Source: Tortispora ganteri (lineage: Eukaryota). Taken from it: a stretch of 64,000 nucleotides of DNA. The stretch lies in assembly GCA_003707115.1 (NCBI GenBank), contig PPNB01000009.1, positions 1-64,000 of the forward strand, read 5' to 3'. Position 1 is the first letter of the stretch, and each line of letters opens with the position of its first letter. The position numbers and the translations under genes are program-made. The notes below the pieces were generated by a model, which had not been told where the DNA came from, did no database searches, and saw nothing but the letters and a program-made list of their open reading frames with translations. This document shows, one piece after another, positions 22,412-32,091 of this stretch.

Positions 22412-23272
22412 ATGCGATCGACTATCTACTCCACGTTGATTCGGGTACCTGAGCTGGTGCAGAAGGAATGGAAACAGCTAGTTGAATCGAAGGGGACGAT
22501 CGTGGGTGAGATAAAACTTACTGCGGATGTTGTGGAGTACAGTATAGAAGGCGCAGATGCGAACGAACTGCGACAACTGGTTTTTGATATCGAACTGAAA
22601 CGCGGCCAAGTGATAAGTGTGCGGAAATATGCGCCAGCGGCTGTTAAACTAGCGGTATTTGATATGGACTCAACGCTCATAAAGCAAGAAGTCATCGATA
22701 TGATTGCGGCTAAGGCAGGCATAGAGGCGAAGGTGGCTAGTATTACTGAGCTTGCAATGAGGGGCGAGATCGATTTTAATGAGTCTTTGAGGCAGAGGGC
22801 ATCTCTTTTAAAAGGTATTACAGGTGACGTGTTTGAGAATCTAAAGAAAGAGCTGATATTTACGCCTGGCGGAGCAGAGCTTATGCAACGTTTGAAACAG
22901 CATGGCGTTAAAACTGCTGTCCTGTCCGGAGGATTTATACCATTGGCTAAATACGTTCAAGAAAAACTGGGCATAGATTATGCTTTTGCTAACAGTCTCG
23001 CTGTTGTTGACGGCAAACTATCGGGTGAAGTAGAAGGCGAGATCGTGAATGCAAACCGGAAAGCTGAACTTCTGCAGGAGATTGCCGCGAAGGAAGGAAT
23101 AGCACTTCAGGATACAGTAGCGATTGGCGATGGTGCTAACGATCTGGTGATGATGTCTGTTGCTGGGTTCGGCATTGCATTTAATGCCAAACCAATTGTA
23201 CAGCAAAAGGCGCCTTCGCGGTTAAATGGTGATTCACTACTAGACGTACTGTACATGCTGGGATACTCATAG
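22412..23272 (+). CDS. SER2: Phosphoserine phosphatase (HAD family)
   Basis: FDMDSTLI, AMRGEIDF, LSGGF, GDGANDL. Confidence 0.96.
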   Translation: MRSTIYSTLIRVPELVQKEWKQLVESKGTIVGEIKLTADVVEYSIEGADANELRQLVFDIELKRGQVISVRKYAPAAVKLAVFDMDSTLIKQEVIDMIAAKAGIEAKVASITELAMRGEIDFNESLRQRASLLKGITGDVFENLKKELIFTPGGAELMQRLKQHGVKTAVLSGGFIPLAKYVQEKLGIDYAFANSLAVVDGKLSGEVEGEIVNANRKAELLQEIAAKEGIALQDTVAIGDGANDLVMMSVAGFGIAFNAKPIVQQKAPSRLNGDSLLDVLYMLGYS

Positions 23273-23316
23273 ACGCTGCATATACGAATCACTTGTGATT
23301 TACATATAGAGTGTAG

Positions 23317-24234
23317 CTAGTAGTCGTATTCGCCTTCCTTTTCATCGGACTTGGCGGGAGCCAATGTTTTGAGAATAGACAGTGGTCCAGCAGTTTTTAT
23401 ATAGTCGACTTCCTGCTGCGTTCTGGCCAACAGAAACCCCATGAACCCCGTAGTGTTTATGCTCATAGACACATCTCCGTCGCTGTATATTTCCTGGGTG
23501 CGCGGAACCATTGCCATCCATTCAGTAGTCATGGCGAAGTTGAACGAGATGGGCACGTTGGCTTTCCTTAAGACGGTGAGTATGCGGGCCAGCAGCTGCG
23601 AAAACTTCATTGCGAGCTCAGACTCGTCTTCATCGCCGGAAAGTGGTACCAGAAAATGTGCGTACGGTATATCTGGATGTGATAGCGGTTTCATAGTGTG
23701 GTCCCATGCGCTGTCACTGGCAGTTTTGTGTGTGTGGCATATGAGATCAAAATATGTTTCAAAATTGTCTGGGATCGGCAAGAATTGCATGTGTTTGTGC
23801 GGTTGAGAGGCGCCAGAATTAGCACCGCAGTTGTAGAAACAGAACCATCTTTCTGTGCTAGAATTGAGCGACTTAAGGATGTACATTGCATTGCCGAGGT
23901 CGGGTTCGATGAGCGGGGTATTCTGCGAGATGAATTGTTTTGTCACTAGCAATGCGTGTTCCGGTACCAGTGGAAACTTGTTAAGCAGCACATAATAATC
24001 GTGCAACTCTTCTACTATAAGATCTTTTTCGGGTGGGCTGAACGGGTCGAACTGTGGAGCGTTCTTCTTCGGAGGAGTGAACAAGGGTTTGTTCGCGAGC
24101 GAAGGTGCATGGCGTATCTCGAAGGAGAACGGTCCCTCATTTATCATAATCGGTTCAGATGTAGTAAATACTATCTTTTTGTTTTCAAGTGCCTTTTTAT
24201 AGACTTGGCTGATTTTCTGTCGCAGTTGGTTCAT
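23317..24234 (-). CDS. APA2: Ap4A phosphorylase / ATP adenylyltransferase (APA1/APA2 family)
   Basis: LNKFP, FYNCGANSGASQPHKHMQ (HxHxQ motif). Confidence 0.9.
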   Translation of the reverse strand: MNQLRQKISQVYKKALENKKIVFTTSEPIMINEGPFSFEIRHAPSLANKPLFTPPKKNAPQFDPFSPPEKDLIVEELHDYYVLLNKFPLVPEHALLVTKQFISQNTPLIEPDLGNAMYILKSLNSSTERWFCFYNCGANSGASQPHKHMQFLPIPDNFETYFDLICHTHKTASDSAWDHTMKPLSHPDIPYAHFLVPLSGDEDESELAMKFSQLLARILTVLRKANVPISFNFAMTTEWMAMVPRTQEIYSDGDVSMSINTTGFMGFLLARTQQEVDYIKTAGPLSILKTLAPAKSDEKEGEYDY

Positions 24235-24306
24235 ATTGTTGTGTGATTGGTGTGTGTGTTTGTGTAGGTAAGGTATTGATAGAAAAGGTGGTAAAGGGCG
24301 GTGGGG

Positions 24307-25251
24307 TCAAGCCTGAGTGCCCATGAACCCGCTACAGTTTGCGGCGCCACATAAACATTTCAGCGGTTCTGATCCATGGAACCACGAGAAATTATAATTG
24401 TAGCATATTTCCTCACCATTGCGTATTCCCTGTGCTCCTGCGAATAGACACATATGCGGTTCGTCGTCGATCAGCCAGAGTTCCATCTGCGAGTTGGGAT
24501 CGCACGAATGGTTCGCAAACCGTGCCTCTGATCCGCGCACACTTGCATCAATGTACATATCCTTGTTAATACATAGAATATAAAAATGTGTGCCTTTATT
24601 CGCAAGTAGCCGCTCATTCAGCATAGACTTATTTATTATATCGCCCGTGTACTCAAGAATGAGTTCTCCGGCAGTGTAGTCGCGGATCGCCCGCAGTCCA
24701 TGTCCCTTCTGGCCCGCCATAAATACTTCGTAGCCGCAAGTGTATGCATTGCCCCGTTTTTGTTGTCGGTAAAAATTCTGAATTTGTCGATTAGTACAGT
24801 TATCTGACATACATATCGCGTTAGAGCACTCATACCTCAACGCTCTATTTAGACAGTTTTCAGCACAATCGTTCGTGCACTCACACGTTGAACGCGCCAG
24901 CTGACCCCGCTGTAGCCTTGAACGTATCTCGCCAATGTAAGCGTTCTTATACAATGGCTTCCAGTTCTTCGGCCGCAATTTCTTAATTGCAGGATTGTAG
25001 TATTTCGACGGCAGCTGAAACCTGCCAGGTTGACTCATCTTCCGTAGACCCGCGCCTAAAGGTAACTTGAACGCGAACTTACTGCTCTTGCCTACACAGT
25101 ACACGCCACGATCAACCACTCCAGGCCGATCCCGCACAACGGTCTTAGGCAAACTATTGGTGATTTCATCAATCGCATTTCGCAGTATCTCATTACTGTT
25201 TGCCACGTGACTAAAATTAAAAAACAAAGATATACTATGCCTGACATCCAT
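24307..25251 (-). CDS. Short AWS-SET-postSET histone methyltransferase, ASH1-like
   Basis: AWS CECTNDCAENCLNR, KGHGLR, EYTGDII, RFANHSCDPN, EEICYNYNF, postSET CLCGAANCSG. Confidence 0.85.
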   Translation of the reverse strand: MDVRHSISLFFNFSHVANSNEILRNAIDEITNSLPKTVVRDRPGVVDRGVYCVGKSSKFAFKLPLGAGLRKMSQPGRFQLPSKYYNPAIKKLRPKNWKPLYKNAYIGEIRSRLQRGQLARSTCECTNDCAENCLNRALRYECSNAICMSDNCTNRQIQNFYRQQKRGNAYTCGYEVFMAGQKGHGLRAIRDYTAGELILEYTGDIINKSMLNERLLANKGTHFYILCINKDMYIDASVRGSEARFANHSCDPNSQMELWLIDDEPHMCLFAGAQGIRNGEEICYNYNFSWFHGSEPLKCLCGAANCSGFMGTQA

Positions 25252-25349
25252 CGTCTTAGTGTTTGTAGAGTCTGCGTTGCTGCCTGCCGAACTTTCCTTC
25301 TTGTCAAACTAAGCCCTCTTATCTTAAACCTCATCCATTGTCACACACA

Positions 25350-26504
25350 ATGTGGTACATTCTTGCTTTGATCGCTTCTGTATCACTGCTAACATTTATT
25401 CTCTTGTTTGGCCGTGCTCCGGCCTTCAAAAATAATACAATCGGGTCTGCTTATACCTTTCTGGCGGTATCACTTCCCTCATCGCTTTACAAACTCGACT
25501 TGCTCTTTTTCAAAGGCGCAATTACTAACCATTCACAAGCGTCATTTAACTACCTGCTATACGACAGAAACTGGGCCGTTGTTATTATATACGTAGCAAT
25601 TGTCCTTTTCGAAGAGTACCTCTACTTTTCTTGCATATTTCCTGCCCTCCCAGGCCTGCTTCAGTTTCTTTCAGTTATTATCGCTTCCCTACCATTTGTG
25701 ACGCTCTTCCTCGCTTGTACGACAGATCCAGGCGTTATTACATCACAGAACGTTCAGAAAGCTATTACTCTCAACCCATATGATAGACTCTTGTTCATGC
25801 CCTCAGAATGTTCCTCCTGTAATATATTAAAACCTGCGAGAAGCAAACATTGCTCAATCTGCAAAAGCTGCATATCAAAAGTCGATCACCATTGTCCCTG
25901 GATCAACGCTTGCATCGGCCAGAACAACCAGCGCTTTTTTATTTTATTTTGTCTCGCAAACGTGCTGCTCACATTTGCCGGTCTCATTCTCTCGGCTCAT
26001 GCAATTCTTGATGCGTACCATGATTACATCGACTCAGTCGATCCTCCGCTACCTTCCATTTGGAACCCATATACCTTCAAAATCCTTCTGCATGAAGGCT
26101 ATATAGAATCCGGACATTTCATAGTATTCTGGACTTCTCTTCTCACACTTCCACTCGCAGTTGCCTTCTCATGTCAACAGCTCCTATTTATCGCAATGGG
26201 CTACACCCTGAACGAGCACTCGAAATGGCAGGTTATTAAGGCGGGTCTTGCTGATGGCAATCTCGATCAGTTTGTTGACGCGAACGGCCTGCCTCACGGC
26301 ATGGGCCGAAACGGAGCAGGCTCTATCGCGCTTCAATGGCTTGGAGACAGCTACAATCGTACGCTCACGCCCGAAGAGGATCAAATGATCCAAAGACATG
26401 GGCTGCATATCACTAAGGTCACTTCCTGGAAACAACTGAATAACATGTACGACAAAGGATTTGTCGGAAACTTCAAAGAAGTATTCTTTGGACCGTTCCT
26501 ATAA
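25350..26504 (+). CDS. SWF1: DHHC palmitoyltransferase
   Basis: KPARSKHCSIC...DHHCPWINACIG, N-terminal LFGRAPAF, NMYDKGF. Confidence 0.88.
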   Translation: MWYILALIASVSLLTFILLFGRAPAFKNNTIGSAYTFLAVSLPSSLYKLDLLFFKGAITNHSQASFNYLLYDRNWAVVIIYVAIVLFEEYLYFSCIFPALPGLLQFLSVIIASLPFVTLFLACTTDPGVITSQNVQKAITLNPYDRLLFMPSECSSCNILKPARSKHCSICKSCISKVDHHCPWINACIGQNNQRFFILFCLANVLLTFAGLILSAHAILDAYHDYIDSVDPPLPSIWNPYTFKILLHEGYIESGHFIVFWTSLLTLPLAVAFSCQQLLFIAMGYTLNEHSKWQVIKAGLADGNLDQFVDANGLPHGMGRNGAGSIALQWLGDSYNRTLTPEEDQMIQRHGLHITKVTSWKQLNNMYDKGFVGNFKEVFFGPFL

Positions 26505-26949
26505 CCAAGATGCGTTGATTCGATAGCCGATCAGTCAACCGAGTCTTGTGCTGTTTTTTTAATAACTAAAGCTCTACCTTTTCCCCGGCATTTCTTTTAC
26601 CCAATTGGGTAACACTCATCGCATTCCGCGCCAACTATTCCGCGCCAGATAACTTCTCCATGCATCTAAAATATCTAGTACTATCTAATCGATATTGAAA
26701 AAATATTTAAATACATTTCCCGATACTATGAATTTTCACTTACTTGTTCAGAGTTGCTTCGTTGTGCCGAAACAAATGCACAAAGAATTGGCTTGCTAAT
26801 TACGCCGCTATTACTAGTTTAGGAAATAATAGTCCGAAACTTTATGAGATTCCCCGCGTCGTCGAAGTATATATATACACGTCTAAGCTATTGTGAGCCG
26901 ATTCTACCGGCTATCTCTCCGCCTTGCACTCTTTGCTTATCGTACTGTC

Positions 26950-28410
26950 ATGACTGCCATAAAAGTTACTAAAAATGCAAGTGTTCGTGCCGCGAACCTT
27001 CTGCGCTCTGTACAGGGCCATGCGGCATCTTGTCCCTGCCACGGCTGTTCCACAATTCGTTCTGGCTCCCTAGGTGCTATCAGACGACTTGCTGTGCCCT
27101 CTAAAACCCCAGTTCAGAAGGAATACGCTTTTGAGATGGCTGCTAGCAATATCAGGTTTGGTCCCGGTGTGACGCGCGAAGTAGGTATGGATTTCAAAAA
27201 TATGGGTATCGAAAAAGTTGCTATTTTCACGGATAATAACATCATCGGGCTACCGGCGATGAAGACTGCAGTAGAATCGCTAGAGAGATCAGGAATTGCT
27301 TACGAAATCTTTTCCGATGTCAGTGTTGAACCCAAAGACAACAAAGTTAAAGAAGCTATTGCCTGGTCAAGAAAAGTTCAGCCTAATGCCTACCTGGCTG
27401 TTGGAGGTGGTTCTGTAATGGATACATGCAAGACTGCTAATCTTTACCAATGCTACCCCGATGCCGATTTCCTTGACTTTGTGAATGCACCGATCGGAAA
27501 GGGTTTACCAATTGATAAGAACGTTAAGCCGCTAATTTGTGTGCCTACCACTGCCGGAACAGGTTCAGAAACCACAGGTACTGCTATTTTTGACATTGCT
27601 TCTCTGAAAGCCAAGACAGGAATTGCTGACCGCAAGCTTAGACCTCTTCTTGGAATTGTTGATCCATTAAATACCTACACTATGCCATCGCAAGTGAAAT
27701 CTTCATCTGGACTTGATGTTCTTTGCCACAGCCTTGAATCGTGGACTGCTATTCCCTACTACGAGCGTATTCCTCGTCCTGAGAACCCCATCAACCGTCC
27801 TGCTTATCAGGGTGCAAATCCTATATCGGATGTCTTTAGCTTTGAAGCGCTTCGTATGACTGTCAAATATCTACCCCGATCTGTCAAGGACCCAGAAGAC
27901 CGCGAAGCACAAGAACAGATGCTCCTTGCTGCAACTTTGGCTGGCGTGGGTTTTGGAAACGCAGGTGTCCATCTTTGTCACGGTCTTTCCTACCCGATCT
28001 CGGGTATGAACCCAGGATATAAGCATCCCGGCTATAATGTCGATCACCCGATCATTCCACATGGTGTTTCCGTAGCCGTTTCTTCTCCTTCTGTGTTCAG
28101 GTACACGGCAGCATCAAATCCCTTGAGGCACTTGCAAGCCGCTGAAGCTTTTGGTGTAGATACCTCCAACGTCAAATTGGAGTCTGCAGGTGAAGTATTG
28201 TCTGAGGCTCTGTCAAAATTTTTGGAAGAACTAGGCGACCAACCAAAAGGCCTTAAGGACCTCGGATTCAAGAGATCCGATATTTCTAATCTCGTTGAAG
28301 GCGCGCTCCCTCAACAGAGAGTACTTAAACTCGCTCCTTCTATTTCTCATGAACAGGAACAGCAGCGCGAGGATCTTGCTAAAATCCTTGAAGGCTGTTT
28401 TTCTTACTAA
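26950..28410 (+). CDS. Hydroxyacid-oxoacid transhydrogenase (HOT/ADHFE1, Fe-ADH family), mitochondrial-type N-terminus
   Basis: EYAFEMAASNIRFG, GGGSVMD, PTTAGTGSETTG, RPAYQGANP, GVHLCHGLSYPISG. Confidence 0.93.
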   Translation: MTAIKVTKNASVRAANLLRSVQGHAASCPCHGCSTIRSGSLGAIRRLAVPSKTPVQKEYAFEMAASNIRFGPGVTREVGMDFKNMGIEKVAIFTDNNIIGLPAMKTAVESLERSGIAYEIFSDVSVEPKDNKVKEAIAWSRKVQPNAYLAVGGGSVMDTCKTANLYQCYPDADFLDFVNAPIGKGLPIDKNVKPLICVPTTAGTGSETTGTAIFDIASLKAKTGIADRKLRPLLGIVDPLNTYTMPSQVKSSSGLDVLCHSLESWTAIPYYERIPRPENPINRPAYQGANPISDVFSFEALRMTVKYLPRSVKDPEDREAQEQMLLAATLAGVGFGNAGVHLCHGLSYPISGMNPGYKHPGYNVDHPIIPHGVSVAVSSPSVFRYTAASNPLRHLQAAEAFGVDTSNVKLESAGEVLSEALSKFLEELGDQPKGLKDLGFKRSDISNLVEGALPQQRVLKLAPSISHEQEQQREDLAKILEGCFSY

Positions 28411-28468
28411 AGACGCTGAATAAAATATACTATTTATTGAATACGTTACTAATATGTAATGAAATGAA

Positions 28469-31069
28469 TTAAAGACGAATCCATACGTGCCTTTCACCTT
28501 CACCAACATTAAGCACTCCCTGTTTAGTGAGTGATTCAATCGAGTCTTCCAGTATTCCGGAAACGCAAGATTCACTCACGATCTGAATAACTCGGCAAAC
28601 ATCGCTTAAATTACCAGAAGAAGATCCAAGCATTAGCTTAGGTGCCTTGTCAAAGGGAATAGCGTCATCTGTAGGGAAAGTCTGGAATAAAACCTGACCA
28701 GGCTTCTCCTTATCTGCAATAGAAATATGACCTGAAGTAGATTGTACCATAGGTTTGACTCCAGATTTGGATCCAGACTTCACTTCAGCTTGAGTTTTGG
28801 AAACAGAATTAGATCCAGGTTTTACATCCGGTTTAGCGCCAGTTTTGCCGTTTCTGTCACTTGATCCCGATTTAGAGTCGGAATCGCTTGATCCAGCATT
28901 AGCTTTCGCACTGGCAGTTACTTTGACACCTGAACGAGAACCAGGGACTTTATCACAATCAGGATCGGTACCGGTGTTCATTGCTCCAGATTTTACATCA
29001 GCAGTAGCGCGACCATTAGCATAAGCTTTAGCTCCAGAATGAGCACGAGCATAGGCTTCTGCATCGGCAGCAGCACCAGAACCGGCAACAAAATTAGTGC
29101 TAGCATAAGCATTAGCATTAGCATTAGCATTAGCATTAGCATTAGCATTAGCATTAGCATTAGCATTAGCATTAGCATTAGCATTAGCATTAGCATTAGC
29201 ATTAGCATTAGCATTAGCATTAGCATTAGCATTAGCATTAGCATTAGCATTAGCGTTAGCATTAGCAGAAAGATAAGAAGCAGCTGTGGCATCAGTATTG
29301 GCACGAGCATCACCTTTGGCTGTGGCATAAGCCTCAGCATACGCTTCCGCAACGGCTTCTTGAGGCTGAGTCAATTCATCAATAACAGAATCAGTCGTAC
29401 AGTCAATAATATTTGAGGCGGTGGGTACTGCAGGAACAGTCCAGTCACTGAAACTGTAGCTTGGTCGAGATTGGATAACCAATGTGGTGCTCTCGTGAAA
29501 TCCTTGCGTAGTTTTAACAGTTTCAGCAGAGGTAACGTCTTCAGTAATGATTGCTTGCTCAGTAGTGTCAGTAGTTGTAGTTGCAGGCACATAAGAAGTT
29601 TTAGGAGCCGCATGAGAAGTAGGACGATGTCCGGTAATGCTATTGACTTGAGTTCTATGAACCATGGTAGTTCTAGTAGGGGTAGTAGTGATGGTTTGCG
29701 CAGGTTGAGTAAAGACACTGGTATGGGGAAGTGTACTGTCTTCAGTGTACTCATTATCGCAATCAGGGCGATTTGCACAATCAGTAGCATATTCAGGACA
29801 AGGATCAGCGGTCGGTTTAGCGGGTGTACCATGTTGAATACCATCAGTAAGCGCGGCAATAATGGTCTCGCTGGGCGCTTCTTTGGGTAGTTGCATGCTA
29901 TCACCAATGATGCCGCCATCAAGGTCAGGTTCGTCGTAGTGAAGTTCTTCTACCACATCTTGTTCATTCAAGTTAGTTTCATCATGACCTTCTTCTTCTT
30001 CACAGTCTTCTTCAAGCGGAGTATTTTCTGCCTGATCAGGAGACGTAGCAGAACCAGTGTTGGGGCCACTCACATAGTTAGCAGGCAAACATTCCTCTCT
30101 GATAGGTCCAACTTCATTGATATAGACTTGACCGTGAAGAATAGATCCATCAACGAGAGGAATGACAACACAACAAGACTCATAAGAATTTTGCAGCAGG
30201 AACTCACTCAGTTTCTCGGCGTATTTTTCAACACTAATAGCGGGGACGATGTTAGACGAGACTTGATTCTCTGTGAGTTTGAAACGGAAAATCATTTTGC
30301 CAATAGTCATAGAGTATCCGTCGGTGTCACGTCTAGTGATGTTCTGTTGCATAGTATCTTCAGTGTAGTGGATAACGACCTCACCAAATCCAGTATCGAT
30401 ATCGAAATCCATAGAAACACCAAATGGTACATGAGGAACGATATTACTATGGTCAGCCAGAATAGAATCAAGAATAGAGTCGTCAGTGGTACGACGGTAA
30501 ATGCTATCGTCGGTACGGACAATAGAGTCGCCTCTCCAGTCGTACTCGTGGGCAAACTGGAGGTTGCCAGAAATAAGGTCTCGCTTAGACATCTTGAAGT
30601 TGAACAACTTGACGGCGCTCGTTGCAAGTGTGAGAAGAGAAACGACGGCCAGTCCTCCAATACATCCAGGAGGGCCTAATGCTTGAGAAGAGCACAGAGC
30701 GACAGTACCGGCTTTTGCAAACTGCGTGATTGAGGATAAAGGGGCAACTAGGGCGTTAGGAGAGGCTTGAGTAGTAATGTCTTTGCCGGTGAAGAGATCA
30801 ATACCATCGCGAATGAATTTCTCGCTGAGACGGAACTGACGCTGAATGAATTCTTTCTCTTCCATGGAAGTAGCAGAAACCTCAAGTCCGTCGAACATGT
30901 CAGGAGACACCTGGACCAATTTGCGTCCGCCTTGGCTGAAAACCTTTGAGTTCAGTACGAGATCAATAACATCAGCAGAAGGGTTGTTCAAGAAATTAAC
31001 CACGTCGGCAAATCCGCCGAGGATAGTTTTAGCGGTGTCAATAGCGGATTCGAGGAAATTGCCGAACAT
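28469..31069 (-). CDS. Orphan 866-aa protein: toxin-like N-domain, acidic linker, Thr-rich stalk, (AN)n repeat
   Basis: Long ORF with TATATAAA at 31131-38 upstream; no housekeeping family recognised. Confidence 0.8.
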   Translation of the reverse strand: MFGNFLESAIDTAKTILGGFADVVNFLNNPSADVIDLVLNSKVFSQGGRKLVQVSPDMFDGLEVSATSMEEKEFIQRQFRLSEKFIRDGIDLFTGKDITTQASPNALVAPLSSITQFAKAGTVALCSSQALGPPGCIGGLAVVSLLTLATSAVKLFNFKMSKRDLISGNLQFAHEYDWRGDSIVRTDDSIYRRTTDDSILDSILADHSNIVPHVPFGVSMDFDIDTGFGEVVIHYTEDTMQQNITRRDTDGYSMTIGKMIFRFKLTENQVSSNIVPAISVEKYAEKLSEFLLQNSYESCCVVIPLVDGSILHGQVYINEVGPIREECLPANYVSGPNTGSATSPDQAENTPLEEDCEEEEGHDETNLNEQDVVEELHYDEPDLDGGIIGDSMQLPKEAPSETIIAALTDGIQHGTPAKPTADPCPEYATDCANRPDCDNEYTEDSTLPHTSVFTQPAQTITTTPTRTTMVHRTQVNSITGHRPTSHAAPKTSYVPATTTTDTTEQAIITEDVTSAETVKTTQGFHESTTLVIQSRPSYSFSDWTVPAVPTASNIIDCTTDSVIDELTQPQEAVAEAYAEAYATAKGDARANTDATAASYLSANANANANANANANANANANANANANANANANANANANANANANANANANANAYASTNFVAGSGAAADAEAYARAHSGAKAYANGRATADVKSGAMNTGTDPDCDKVPGSRSGVKVTASAKANAGSSDSDSKSGSSDRNGKTGAKPDVKPGSNSVSKTQAEVKSGSKSGVKPMVQSTSGHISIADKEKPGQVLFQTFPTDDAIPFDKAPKLMLGSSSGNLSDVCRVIQIVSESCVSGILEDSIESLTKQGVLNVGEGERHVWIRL
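29108..29266. repeat. Coding hexanucleotide tandem repeat (AGCATT)n, about 26 units, encoding Ala-Asn on the minus strand
   Basis: 24 perfect units 29108-29251, then AGCGTT, AGCATT, AGC. Confidence 0.98.
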
Positions 31070-32091
31070 AGTTAAATACAGTATTCAGTCGAGACTGATG
31101 AGAGGAAGTAAATTGATGAAAACAGGCACATTTATATATTCAAAGAAGTCTGATTAGTACACCAGCACGCAAGCCATAAACGGTGAAGTGGTTGCGATCT
31201 GTTTGCGGAACGAGTATCAGACGATTGCAAAGAGACAATGTAGGTCTGCGGAAGGACCCGCATGTCACAAGTAGACACTTCAATGCGAACGGATCTGACA
31301 GTTTACACAATACAGGCTGTCAAAGATCATCCAGAGGGTAGAAGTAGAGCGATCTGTTGACTAGATACCAGAACATTGAGGCTCGCCATGCCTAATCAAG
31401 TTAAGGGTCTCTTTACGAACTGCCGAACGCAAGAAGGACCCTGAACAGTGCTAGCCAATAGCGCCAAATCCAGTAAGCTCAAACATATAGCTGACGTTTC
31501 AGCGGCAGTACGACATTCAGTCGGGTCAGGAAAGGATGGTGAACGTGGCCAAAGGTTAGTCATGTATTGTTCAAGATGGCAACACAACGAGACTATCAGA
31601 CCGCGATTCGGGCTTTAGGTCCCTAATACGACCGGCAGATTGTGTTAAAATTGTCGAACAGAATTATATGTTCATTTGTTCGCTTTTTTGAATAATTATA
31701 TGGCAATATAAGCTTATCTGATCGTAATTGTGCGTGAACTGCTGGCGATCGCGGTTAGTACAAAGTCATGTGCTCGATCTGTTAGTTTTCGCCACAAACA
31801 TCTTTCTGCCGCTACCAGCACCGCAACTTTACGCACATACAATCAAGCATTTGTAAACTAATCTAAAACCAATATTTAATTGACCTACTGCGTAATTAGA
31901 AAAAAATGCTAGCCTTTTCTAGTACCCTTACCCTTTTTTTAGTTGCGGCTTGGTGGCTCACTAATCGCCTTGTGATTTATTTGCCCACCAACGCCGCCTA
32001 CACTGTTTAACCTACCTCTATACCTCCCACCCTTCCACACTACGCCAAACAAACCCGCCCATATTTACAAAACCACACCGTACATACGGAA

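Noticed and set aside
30..23272. SER3 and SER2 as a serine-biosynthesis cluster
   Set aside because: About 21 kb apart with about 11 unrelated genes between; chance linkage is plausible
29108..29266. (TTAGCA)n as an interstitial telomere or CRISPR-like array
   Set aside because: No spacers; in frame in a CDS whose flanks keep the Ala-X pattern; not G-rich
28993..29416. Poly-(ML) and poly-(IS) ORFs in other frames
   Set aside because: Automatic consequence of the hexamer repeat lacking stops in those frames
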